DNA from: Craspedostauros australis
Taxonomy: Eukaryota
Direction of reading: 5' to 3'
Length of the DNA: 52,441 nt
NCBI GenBank assembly: GCA_030167865.1
Contig: JALAGF010003586.1
Location: 124,001 to 176,441, forward strand
The position numbers and the translations under genes are program-made. Of this stretch, positions 11,898 through 21,512 are shown piece by piece. Under the pieces are notes generated by a model. It was not told where the DNA came from. It searched no databases and was given only the letters and a program-made list of their open reading frames with translations. Within the stretch, counting starts at the first letter, position 1; every line of letters starts with the position of its first letter.

Positions 11898-13249
11898 ATG
11901 AAGTTCACTGCCACAGCCCTCTTCGTTGCCAGCTGCATGCTGGAATCCACCGATGCCTTCGCACCCATCCTTTCAACCAGCAGATCAGCCGCGGCATCCC
12001 AGCCCCAGTACAAGAATCTTCTGCGCATGTCGTCCACGAACGCAGAGGATGAAATTGCCAAATTGCGTGCGGCCGCCGCTGCTGCCCGCGAAGATGCTGC
12101 GCGTCTTTCCAAGGTGAGCATTGTCGTTCTATACCGTGCATGTGCAGTATGTATTTGTTCTGCTCTCTTATTACTGCGTTCGAGAAACATTGCGATTGGT
12201 CGTTTTGGTGTCGATTGTACGCTCTGACTCACTCCCACCGTCATTCCCTCACGCTTCACCATTATTCACCAACCAATTGATCGCAGGAGCTTGGCAAAGA
12301 GGATCCGGCCGAAGCTGCCGCCAATGCCATCGTCGCACCCACAAAAAGCAAGGACGAGATCACTGACGCAATCCGTGCCATCGACTTTGGCTCCGATGCC
12401 CAAACCCAGATCACAGCATTGGACGGGCTGCGCACCGAAGGAAATCTGCAATTGTACAAATCCGCCACCGTCGACGCCGGCAGCGGCGATCTGCGCAGCT
12501 TCGATGTGTCGTTGCAGACCCTGCAATCGCGCAGCGGATTGACCAGCGAAACTTTGGGCATCGGAGAAGAGGAGGTTAGCCTGGACGATTTCAAGTACGC
12601 CACGTTGTGGGTCACGGGCATTTGCTCCGTGCTGGGCGTCGCCGCGCTGGCCTTCCTGCCAGAGAATATCGGCGCCACCATCTGCTACCTCGTCGCCGTC
12701 ATTCCCATTCTCTTTCTGGCCGTGGGTTCTACCGCGCCGGCCATTATCGCCAACGCCATCGCGGGCTTCAAATCACCGGAAGACCAACAGAACAAGGCCG
12801 ATCGCGTGTGCTGCCACGAGGCCGCGCATTTCCTGTGCGGGTACCTGTGCGGCTTGCCCATTGCGAATTACGTCACGACCGATGAGAATGTGCCGCGCGT
12901 GGAGTTCTTCGATACGCGGGACGGCATGACGATGGCGACGGCGCAGCAGGGGCTGACAGAGGATCAGGTCAACGCGCTGACGGTCGTGGCCATGTCCGGC
13001 GCCGTGGCGGAGGCCATGAGATTCGGCAAGGCGCAAGGCAGCGCCAATGATGATCTCATGCAACTGGAGATGGTGTTCCGGCGTTCGGATGACTTTTTGG
13101 GTGCCGAGAAGCAGCAGGACCTGACTCGCTGGGGTGCTCTGACGGCGTACCGGTTGCTGACGATGCACAAGAACAAGCTGGATGCGCTCATCGAGGCCTT
13201 CAATGCCCGCAAGCCGATCGCAGAATGCGTTGCCATCCTGGAGCAGTAA
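11898..13249 (+). CDS. Plastid-targeted membrane protein with FtsH/peptidase M41-like HEXXH domain and no AAA+ domain (2 exons)
   Basis: Exons 11898-12113 and 12287-13249 (GT...AG intron 12114-12286, phase 0, frame preserved). Signal peptide ending TDA-FAP (ASAFAP-type), two hydrophobic helices, HEAAHFLCGY and VAMSGAVAEAMRFG. Confidence 0.85.
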
Positions 13250-13528
13250 TACTCGCGCGAGTATGTATGGTAGTCCCGAGAGTACCATAATAACAGAAGA
13301 ATTCTTCTCGGCACAGTACACACGAGTGCTACCATACAGAGGTCAAACTTGCAGCAGAATTGTGCGAGGGACAACATCGCCAACATGCAACCATAACGCG
13401 TAACACGGAAGTTTGGCCTGTACAGAGTCTGCACTCAATGAGTTGATGTAGTATGTATCTGAGCATTACCTAATAGTGTATGATGTTACGAAATGATAAT
13501 GAAGATCAACTACTCTGCTCCGCTCGAC

Positions 13529-15118
13529 CTACGTACGAGATGGACCCCTCGTACTGCCTTGAGGCATGTTCACACCAGCGCGTCGACGAGCAAAGTAGGA
13601 CATGACGAGCATGGCTCCACCCATCTGGAGTTTGCGTCGATGTTCCTTGGAGAGGGCATTCAATCGCGTGACGATTCTGGCGACGATCGCGGATGTTACT
13701 ATCTGAAGCGATTTGCCATCCTGGATGGTGCCCTGCAGGGCGTGCTTGGCCAGGATCGTGGAGAAGGATCCGACGGCCGTGCCTGCCAAGAGCAAGTTGA
13801 GGGTTCCCGTCAGAGACGTTGGCATGATGGACAATGCTTGGCGTTTGCGCATGAGAAGGTGGAACAGTAACGCGCCGGATGATGCCACCGTAATGTTCTC
13901 CATGAACTGCTCGGGGATGGACGCAGCAGCGACGCGGAGCTTATCATACACCATATCCTTCAGGATGGAGGTCATGACTTGGACAGGGTCGATGTATTGC
14001 TGTTGTTGTTGTTGTTGCTGTTGCTGCTGCTGCTTGGAGTTGTTGAGAGGCTTGCTTTGCTCGCCCAAACCACCCTTTGTCTGAAGCGTTCGTTTCGCCG
14101 TTGTTGTTGGTGGTACATTAGCTGTGTCATGAATGCTATTCGATGGCGACAGTGGTTGCGGCGGACAGGCGTCATGGCCTGGCAGGAGTTCGTCGTCGAT
14201 GCGGTCCGTATCGTCAGACTCGTCAGAGCAACAGGTACTGGCGATGCTGTTGATGATGCTGGGCACCCTATCCACCGAACCCTTCGGTGCTGCATTGCGA
14301 TTTGCCTCGTCGACTTGATCCGCAACACCGGCGCTCTTCGCTGTGATTGTCGTTGCGACCGCATTGGCGTTGTCATTGCCAGTGCCGTCATCAGAGAGGA
14401 ACTGAATCCTTCGCAGTTGGTGTTGCTGCTGCTCTGTTGCTGGGCTGGCTTGACCTCCAACAACATCTTCGTCTTTGTCGCTTCCGTTGATCCAACGCTG
14501 CACAGATACTGGCAACAGCTCGCGGACGCCTCCGGGTTGGTAGAGGATCGTATGCGCCTGCTCGTAGTCGTCGCAGACCAGCGAGGATTGGATGAGCTTG
14601 GTGCGCTGCTCTTGGCTCATGGGCAGCGCGTACATGGCGGCGTTGCCCCAGAATGCACCGATGCTCACGGGGATGAGGCCGTACTCCGGATCGTACAATG
14701 CGCGCAGCACATCATCCAGCACGATCTGATCCGTCGCCTTCTTCGTGAGCGTGCGCAGGCTGGAGTGGAGGATGCGTGAGTAGTCCAGAATGAGGACCAC
14801 GAGGCCGCACATCAAGATGGTGACCTTGAGGATGACGTCGGACGGGATGCTCGACACGATCGGCCACAGCAGCGCCGCGGATGCCGTCATGACCAGCAGG
14901 GGTCCGCGGACGCCAACGAGAATGGCCCGTTGGTTGTCATCGAGGTTGGGTTTGTGGCTGTCGAACTTGGCCCAGGCCTCGGAGATGATGTCGGAGGCCT
15001 CCATCTCGGTTGTCATCATGATCTGTGGCTTGGACTGTTGCTTGGACTGTTGCTTGGACTGTTGCTTGGGCTCTTGCTTCGCTTGTTCCATTGTTGATTC
15101 GCTCATGTGACCGCTCAT
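13529..15118 (-). CDS. Hypothetical membrane protein (about 529 aa)
   Basis: Likely ATG at 15118 (MSGHMSESTMEQ); the upstream in-frame extension is His/Asn microsatellite-like. Two N-terminal hydrophobic helices, a disordered middle with poly-Q, and hydrophobic C-terminal segments. Confidence 0.7.
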   Translation of the reverse strand: MSGHMSESTMEQAKQEPKQQSKQQSKQQSKPQIMMTTEMEASDIISEAWAKFDSHKPNLDDNQRAILVGVRGPLLVMTASAALLWPIVSSIPSDVILKVTILMCGLVVLILDYSRILHSSLRTLTKKATDQIVLDDVLRALYDPEYGLIPVSIGAFWGNAAMYALPMSQEQRTKLIQSSLVCDDYEQAHTILYQPGGVRELLPVSVQRWINGSDKDEDVVGGQASPATEQQQHQLRRIQFLSDDGTGNDNANAVATTITAKSAGVADQVDEANRNAAPKGSVDRVPSIINSIASTCCSDESDDTDRIDDELLPGHDACPPQPLSPSNSIHDTANVPPTTTAKRTLQTKGGLGEQSKPLNNSKQQQQQQQQQQQQYIDPVQVMTSILKDMVYDKLRVAAASIPEQFMENITVASSGALLFHLLMRKRQALSIMPTSLTGTLNLLLAGTAVGSFSTILAKHALQGTIQDGKSLQIVTSAIVARIVTRLNALSKEHRRKLQMGGAMLVMSYFARRRAGVNMPQGSTRGPSRT

Positions 15119-15156
15119 TTTTTCGTTGTTGTTTGTGTCCAGCGATGAGTCGCAAT

Positions 15157-15236
15157 GATGATTGTGATGGTGATTGTGATGGTGGTGATGACTGTTCTGA
15201 TTGTGATGGTGGTGATGACTGTTCTGATTGTGATGG
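15157..15236. repeat. 27-bp tandem duplication within a (GAT/GGT)-type microsatellite
   Basis: Unit gtgatggtggtgatgactgttctgatt occurs twice in tandem. Confidence 0.7.
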
Positions 15237-15893
15237 CGGAGAAGATGAGAGTGATTCCGTTTGTGTGCTTCTTTTGTCTTCGTTTGTGAGTGTTCCGGAC
15301 AAACGCTCAACAAGATGCCTCCCCTACGACCTATCATACACAGTGTCTCTCTTGTTGCAGGGTCGTCAACCTTGGTCCACTCTATTGGTGACTCTCGACT
15401 CTCTCTGTCTGAGTCTCTGTCTCCAACTCTTCCCCCCGAACAGAGAGTGAACCAGAGACACAACTCCAAACAGACAGAGGGTCCCACAAGCTGTCGTTCA
15501 CAATTCTGTGCCGTCACCATGGTGTCGTGTCACCCACGTTTGTCACCAACGTGTTTGTCGCCAGACATTTCTACGACCAAGTTTTTGTTCGTTTGTTTGT
15601 GCATAGTCGAATGAATCGAATCATGGAACGAAAGAATCAAATCAACACCTGTTTTGGGAACACAAACACGCCTTCTTTTTCCACAAGATCTACTCCGGTT
15701 CGGGTTTGCAATGGCGGGAGCTTCCTACCTCCGAAGACCATGTCCGGTGAACAAGCAATCGCAGTCATAGTCGCAATCATAATCCTTGCCCGGATCAGCC
15801 GAGAGAGAAGCAAGAGCAGCGAACAGGAAGGACGCAATCGCAACCGGCGTCAATCAGAGACAGCAGCGACGGCATCCGTACAACACGATCGCC

Positions 15894-16880
15894 ATGTCCA
15901 TCCCCAATCCTTTGAATCTGCTGAAAGGCACGCCGGAAGAGCTGCCGCAGGTGGAGCAGATCGGCACGGTCGGTTTGGAAGAATTGAACGAGTACCACTG
16001 CAACAATGAGAAACGGCGGATGCTCAGCCTCTTTGGCACGATATACGATGTCACATCCTCTGAGAAGAGCTACGGCAAGAGCGGTGCTTGTGAGTTGCAT
16101 GCAACCACGTTGGCCACGCGTGTGTGCGTGGGTCATGTTGAGAGCGGGAGGAATGACCGTACTCGGTTGGCGATTGACGCAAAGTACCGAGAGGAGGATT
16201 CCTTCACAATTCCTCAAGAATTCATGGGAAACTCGAGGGGAGGTGTTGGATCAGCACAGAGTTCTTGAGTCTCTGCTGGTGCGATTCTCGAAGGATCGAC
16301 GTGGACCTCAGTCCTGGAAGTGCTTGGCTTTCGAGGTGGGGATGGAGAAATGCGCAGTGAAGGATACAGCAAGTCGAAATGGAATGCCACAATTGCAAGT
16401 GGAAGACCGTCCTTCTCTTCCTCCTCCTCTTTCGTGGGGACCATCCTGATTTGCTCATAAACAAAACGCATTTCGCTTTCGCTGGTCTCATGCAAGTGCA
16501 GAAAACTATTGTGCTGCGCGAATGGATGCATGCGCATCTCACAAACTGAGAATCTTGCCCATCTATTGTCCCCCTCTGTGCTCTTCCTAACTGTATTACC
16601 ACACATCACTCGATCAACGCATCTGCAACAACAAGACAAGGAATATGCCGGGCATGACATCACGCTCGCGATTGGATTGATGAAGACGGATGACAAGTGG
16701 TTGGATCGATTTGTGAAGATGGAGGAAAAGTGGACCAAGGACGCCGAGGGGTGGAAGGATTACATGACATCCAAGTACCCCACGTGCGGCAAGCTTGCTA
16801 AATGGGACGAAGATCCTGAGACATGGCCAGAGTTGACGCCCGAAGAGAAGGAGGAGCTCAACAAGTGTGTCATCATGTAA
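15894..16880 (+). CDS. Cytochrome b5-like heme/steroid-binding (MAPR-family) protein ending in a CaaX box (2 exons)
   Basis: Exons 15894-16089 and 16636-16880 (intron 16090-16635, GTGAGT...AAG). The spliced sequence LSLFGTIYDVTSSEKSYGKSGAYKEYAGHDIT matches the MAPR YDV...FYGxxGxYxxFAGxD motif, followed by WKDYMTSKYPTCGKL. Ends CVIM. Confidence 0.88.
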
Positions 16881-17413
16881 TGCTTGCTGTAAAAGAGTTG
16901 ACATGGAAGTTGGGAGGAAGGGAGGGTGCTCCACGTACTGTGCTCAGGTCTGGTGCGGTTCTTGTCAATGAAAAGAATAATCTTTCCTCCACACCGCCGT
17001 ACTAGCTGAATGCGCATCAAACAACATCATTACGTGCGCACGCACGCCCACAGTTATATAATATAATATCTATTACGCGATCTATTCTATTGCTCTGCTG
17101 CTATTCTGGAGGGAGGATCCCGCATCTGTGTGCTTGCGCACGTGGAACCGCCTATTAGTCGTATTGCCACAACAAACATTGTGTATCCAGATGCAGTACG
17201 CGAATCTGTCGCGTTGGGGTCATGGCTCTTCGCGAACTTCAAAAAATGGCGCCAAACCGAACAGCGCTGATCCTGTTGTCAGCACGACCAAATCCTCTTG
17301 ATCATCGCGACAACAATCCGTCACTGCAAGACACATCATTGCACTCATTCACTTTACTTCACTTCACTTCACGTCGCTTCACTCACTCACTCACTTAGTC
17401 TCCCTCCTTTCAC

Positions 17414-18838
17414 ATGTTTCACAGTACGGCACTACAACGACAGCTGCGAAGAAAGCGTGGACATGTGACGACGTTACCAACTACGAGCGCAATACCTTCA
17501 CCAAACACAGCGAGAAGGAGACCATTTCCCATCCACAGATACAGACGCTGCTTCATCATCTTCGGAGCCAGCTTCTTGATTGTCGTGCACGTCACGTTGT
17601 TCATCATCACATCCTCTTCGATACAACCACAACTGAACACGGTGCATCACTTCAATGATCATGCATTGAGAGGATCCAAGACTTCGCATGCCGAGGACGG
17701 TATCCATACTCACCGACCCACCTTCCTTTGGGGTATCCCCACGATGGATCATCCGGAGGAATACAAGCGACGCCAGCTGGTGCGCGAGACGTACCTTCAA
17801 TTCGGCAAGGATGATGGTCGTGTCTGCTCTCTGCGAGAACGTTTGTCCTCGCCGCTGCAATCCAAAGACTGTCAGCTCGTGTACACCTTCTTCATGGGTG
17901 CCAATCCGGATGGACCGACCGAGTTGATGTATCCCAACGCCTCGTTCCCAATGACAGTACCGGCCCCTGTCGGTATGCCCTTGCGGCATCCCGAAGAAGC
18001 AGCAGAAAAGTCACATGACGCCAACGTCAACGCCAACGCCGATGCCAACAGTGAGAATGATATCGTATTCTTGAACATCAAAGAGAACATGGAAGATGGC
18101 AAGATGCAGACCTGGTTCAAGTACGCATCCATGTTGCTGACGCAGGAGCATCCCGAATTGAAGTTGGACTACATCGCCAAGGTCGATTCGGACGTGCTGC
18201 TGTTTGTTCCCAACTTTCTGGACTTCGCACAGCAGACTTTGCCCGAACATCCTCACGCTGTGTTCGGTGGACTGCCGCTAGGTGCGGACAACTGCGAGAC
18301 GACAGTCACGCCTCATGATCACGGATGCCCATTGCCGTTGGTCGGCGATTCGTACATGAGTGGCGAATTGTACTTCATGTCGGTGGATCTGGCAACCTTC
18401 ATCTCTTCACCGGATTGCGATCGTTCGGCTGTCTCGATCCGGCATGAAGATGTCGCCATTTCGAACTTTGTCTACAGCTACGAGGCTGAAGATGGCGTCA
18501 TTGCCGGCACTGGGAGACGAATCCAAACGCACGCGATCCCGGGCGATCGGATCCTGCGCAGCATCATGCCGTGGTGGTACCGGGCCTATCGCAATGCACT
18601 GTCTCGCCGTGTCAAGACCGGGTACAACTTCCTGCTGTGGGCGCATTCGGTGACGGAGAATGGAGGGTACTTCAAGGACATGGACAGGTATCGCATGGTG
18701 TGGGAGGAGTTCCAGGAGCACTGGGCATGCAAGTCAGCGCTTGCGGGTCCTGGCGGCGCGGGTGCAACGGCGATGACGACAGGACAACAGCCGCAGTTCT
18801 GTGATATTCCTTTCGCGAGGAGGCACTGGTGGTGGTGA
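17414..18838 (+). CDS. Type II membrane glycosyltransferase, GT31 (galactosyltransferase)-like (474 aa)
   Basis: N-terminal TM helix after a basic tail. DIVFLNIKENMEDGKMQTWF, DYIAKVDSD (DxD), YMSGELYFMSVDL and HEDVAI are GT31-type motifs. Confidence 0.8.
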   Translation: MFHSTALQRQLRRKRGHVTTLPTTSAIPSPNTARRRPFPIHRYRRCFIIFGASFLIVVHVTLFIITSSSIQPQLNTVHHFNDHALRGSKTSHAEDGIHTHRPTFLWGIPTMDHPEEYKRRQLVRETYLQFGKDDGRVCSLRERLSSPLQSKDCQLVYTFFMGANPDGPTELMYPNASFPMTVPAPVGMPLRHPEEAAEKSHDANVNANADANSENDIVFLNIKENMEDGKMQTWFKYASMLLTQEHPELKLDYIAKVDSDVLLFVPNFLDFAQQTLPEHPHAVFGGLPLGADNCETTVTPHDHGCPLPLVGDSYMSGELYFMSVDLATFISSPDCDRSAVSIRHEDVAISNFVYSYEAEDGVIAGTGRRIQTHAIPGDRILRSIMPWWYRAYRNALSRRVKTGYNFLLWAHSVTENGGYFKDMDRYRMVWEEFQEHWACKSALAGPGGAGATAMTTGQQPQFCDIPFARRHWWW

Positions 18839-19022
18839 CTTTGAGTTGTGCTCTGGCAAGCATGAGCTCAGTCGCACTAATGCACTATCAAATGGATGGA
18901 CGGAGCAACAGCAACATGACGAGAAGGGTATGGATTTGTTTTTGCTATTCTTAGTTTTCTTTATTCGGCCCTTGACTGGAGATTGACTCTGCTGGTTGCT
19001 TCTGATGGGACGCTTTGTTCCT

Positions 19023-19742
19023 TTAGTAGAAGAATCCAAGGATCTTTCCTCCTGTCTTTTTGCGGCGAGCCTCCTCGTGAGTCATGATGCCGTACGTTGT
19101 GGAGATGATGACGTGACCGAACTGACGGGATGGCAGAAGGTTGACGATCCACTTCTCAATGTCGTCGTAGCCGACGTCGAATCGTGGGCTGATGACACCG
19201 CACTTATTCAGTCGGCCATTCAATTCAATAACAATCTTCTGTGATCGATGATCATCGATAATTTCGAATTCCCCGATGTATCCTGTTGTTGTTGTTGGTA
19301 CAAGTGTGTGTGTTTGTGAGTGTATGTTGGAAATAGCGACGGCGCAAAGCAGGCGTTAGATTACCAGTCAACGTTTGCGTGAGTGTGATGTAGCCTTCCG
19401 TTACGTTTCATCTGGGGGAGCAGTCCCCTCGAGAGGGGAGTGGGCAAGCATGTCGGGTCCATGCAGCTGCAGCAGATCCAGCCCGTGAGGGTTGGAAACG
19501 GCGCGCTCGCGACTTCCTTCCACAGCTCCCCGTGGGTGCTTGGCTATGTTGCACGCTCTTGCTTTGTTTGAGCATCAGGCGTGCACATGGTTGTTGCCGG
19601 CTGACTTACCGTGTTGTTGCATACATTGGAGGAACTTGACGATGACCTTGGAGGAAGGACGGATCAAGACCTGGCGGCGACCACGCTTCTCGGCGTTGGA
19701 GATTGTCTTGAGACAATCGGCGAGTACTGACATGCGCACCAT
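19023..19742 (-). CDS. RPS15A: 40S ribosomal protein S15a/S22 (uS8), 2 coding exons
   Basis: Exons 19742-19610 (133 nt: [45 protein letters not shown]) and 19282-19023 ([12 protein letters not shown]...[16 protein letters not shown]...[10 protein letters not shown]). Intron 19283-19609 is GTAAGT...CAG. A probable 5'-UTR intron spans 19743-20170 (GTACGA...TAG directly before the ATG). Confidence 0.97.
19322..19554. ncRNA. Candidate structured intronic RNA in the RPS15A intron (snoRNA-like or regulatory; family and strand unresolved)
   Basis: Several nested complementary stems. An AGAUGA (H-box consensus) lies immediately after a GGGGAGC/GCUCCCC stem on the intron-sense strand. See findings. 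Confidence 0.4.
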
Positions 19743-21182
19743 CTACGTTGAGGTAAGCGAAGTCACCATGGATGCGATTGAGGATGCACAGTGAGACAGT
19801 TGTCACAGGACGGCGAATGCAGCACGAGAGGAGAAGGAGAAGAGAGGACAAAGCAAGATGACGTTAGGCAGACCAGGGATGGGCGTGTGGATTCATCTCC
19901 TTGCGAACAGGCGGAGAAGGGAGAGTGGGTCACGACCATCGGAAGCTCTGCATGTGTTCATGTGGATGGACAGTGGGCCGTGGAAGGGGTGCCTGTCGTG
20001 CTTCCGATGATGCCGATGACATCCTCAGGATCCGAAATCGCCGTTCACGTCATGGACGGACCATGGACCGCCGACCACCGACAAGCATTGCCACACCCCC
20101 ATCCGGCCATGCTGGAAGGCTCTCATGGACATTGCTACTGCGACTGCTGTTGCTATCCTTGCCGTCGTACCTTGCAAGTTGTTTCGTTTCGTTGACTTCG
20201 GCAGAGGGAGGAGAAGAAGGTTGGAAGAGGATGTTGTCTTCGATTCGAGTTCAATGGCGATTGAACAGGTGAGCAGGACACGGGACGTCAGAAGAGGAGT
20301 GGTGGGCAACTGTACTCAACAATGTATGTGTGTGGTGTAGCTCGTACGGGTACTTTGTGCTGCTGCGGTTGTTGTCGAGCACGGACGCGGACGGCTGTGG
20401 CCCACCACCTCTTGTCCCCTTTTTCCCAAGTAACGCGGTGAGCCCCCTGTCATGTTGCGTCTCGTCGTGACACGGACCGCAGAGGGAATCATCCGACCAA
20501 CCAGCGGCAAGCAGCCAGATCGCGTGGCAAAATCAGAGGTTTCCGCCGCGCAAATCTGGGCTGATTACCGCTTTACTTGTTTCTGAACGGGTTATGGGCC
20601 AGTGTAGTTTTTGTCCCGTACTGTTCTGGTACTTTTCTTACGGCGGTTTGGACTCGTCGCTTTTGCAGTCGATCTTGTCAACTGAAAAAGCCAAAACAAC
20701 AACGACAACACGAGCACCGAGTGTTGGAAGCGACAACGGAGCGATCACGAACAACGGCATCGGAAAAAGGAGCCCTCCTCATCGTCAACTTTCGCAGCTC
20801 TCACACCAGTCGCAACAACCACCTCCTCTCCAAAACTCACCCTCCTGCCTTCTTCGTGCATCCTCCCCAAGTACCACCCAATTGTAAGTAAGACGACGAT
20901 GACGACGACGATGGAATAGGCACATCAAGCGCAACACAACCGATGTGCGCGCAGTTCGAATACCGTGGGCGAAGCGTCGCATGGATTCTTGTTGCCCAAC
21001 CTGTGTACCGCATCATCCGAGGCTTGCCTTGGCTGCACCTGGGCCGCACCAAAAGACAGTGCGACGACAACCAGAATGATAACGCAATTTGTACTCCAGA
21101 GACATCACGCACTCACACTCCTCTTCCTCTCCTTCCTCTTGCCTCAACTAACCTCACAAATACCGCAGAATTAATATACACA

Positions 21183-21512
21183 ATGTCTCCACGTCCTCCA
21201 AAACTTCACGTCGATGGCGCCATCCTCGGATACCAGCGAGGACTCAGAACCCAGAACAACAGCGTCAGCCTGATCAAGATCAAGGGTGTCGACAGCAAGG
21301 AAGATGTTGAATTCTACCTCGGAAAGCGCATTGCATTCATCACAAAGGGAGAAGCAGCAGACAAGTACGGAAACAAATTCAGAGTGAACTGGGGCAAGGT
21401 CTGCCGAGCTCACGGTTCCAATGGCGTCGTCCGATGCCGCTTCCGAAGAAACCTTCCGCCACAGGCCATCGGAGGCAAGGTCCGAATCATGCTCTACCCA
21501 TCGCGCGTGTAG
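21183..21512 (+). CDS. RPL35A: 60S ribosomal protein L35a (eL33), 109 aa
   Basis: MSPRPPKLHVDGAILGYQRGLRTQ...EFYLGKRIAF...WGKVCRAHGSNGVVRCRFRRNLPPQAIGGKVRIMLYPSRV. A probable 5'-UTR intron spans 20884-21168 (GTAAGT, branch CTAAC 21148-21152, CAG). Confidence 0.97.
   Translation: MSPRPPKLHVDGAILGYQRGLRTQNNSVSLIKIKGVDSKEDVEFYLGKRIAFITKGEAADKYGNKFRVNWGKVCRAHGSNGVVRCRFRRNLPPQAIGGKVRIMLYPSRV

Noticed and set aside
16090..16635. Long intron with inverted repeat CTCAAGAATTC/GAGTTCTTGAG as a possible ncRNA
   Set aside because: A single stem with no snoRNA boxes; insufficient support.
19484..19511. Resemblance of GUGAGGGUUGGAAACGGCGCGCUCGC to SRP RNA helix 8, and of the intron element to RNase P/MRP
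   Set aside because: The conserved AGCA strand of the SRP54-binding loop is missing, no Alu domain is seen, and no P4 CR-I/CR-V pairing was found. The element is left unassigned.
20943..21182. 80-aa N-terminal extension of RPL35A in the ORF track
   Set aside because: It falls mostly within a probable 5'-UTR intron, and eL33 homology starts at ATG 21183.
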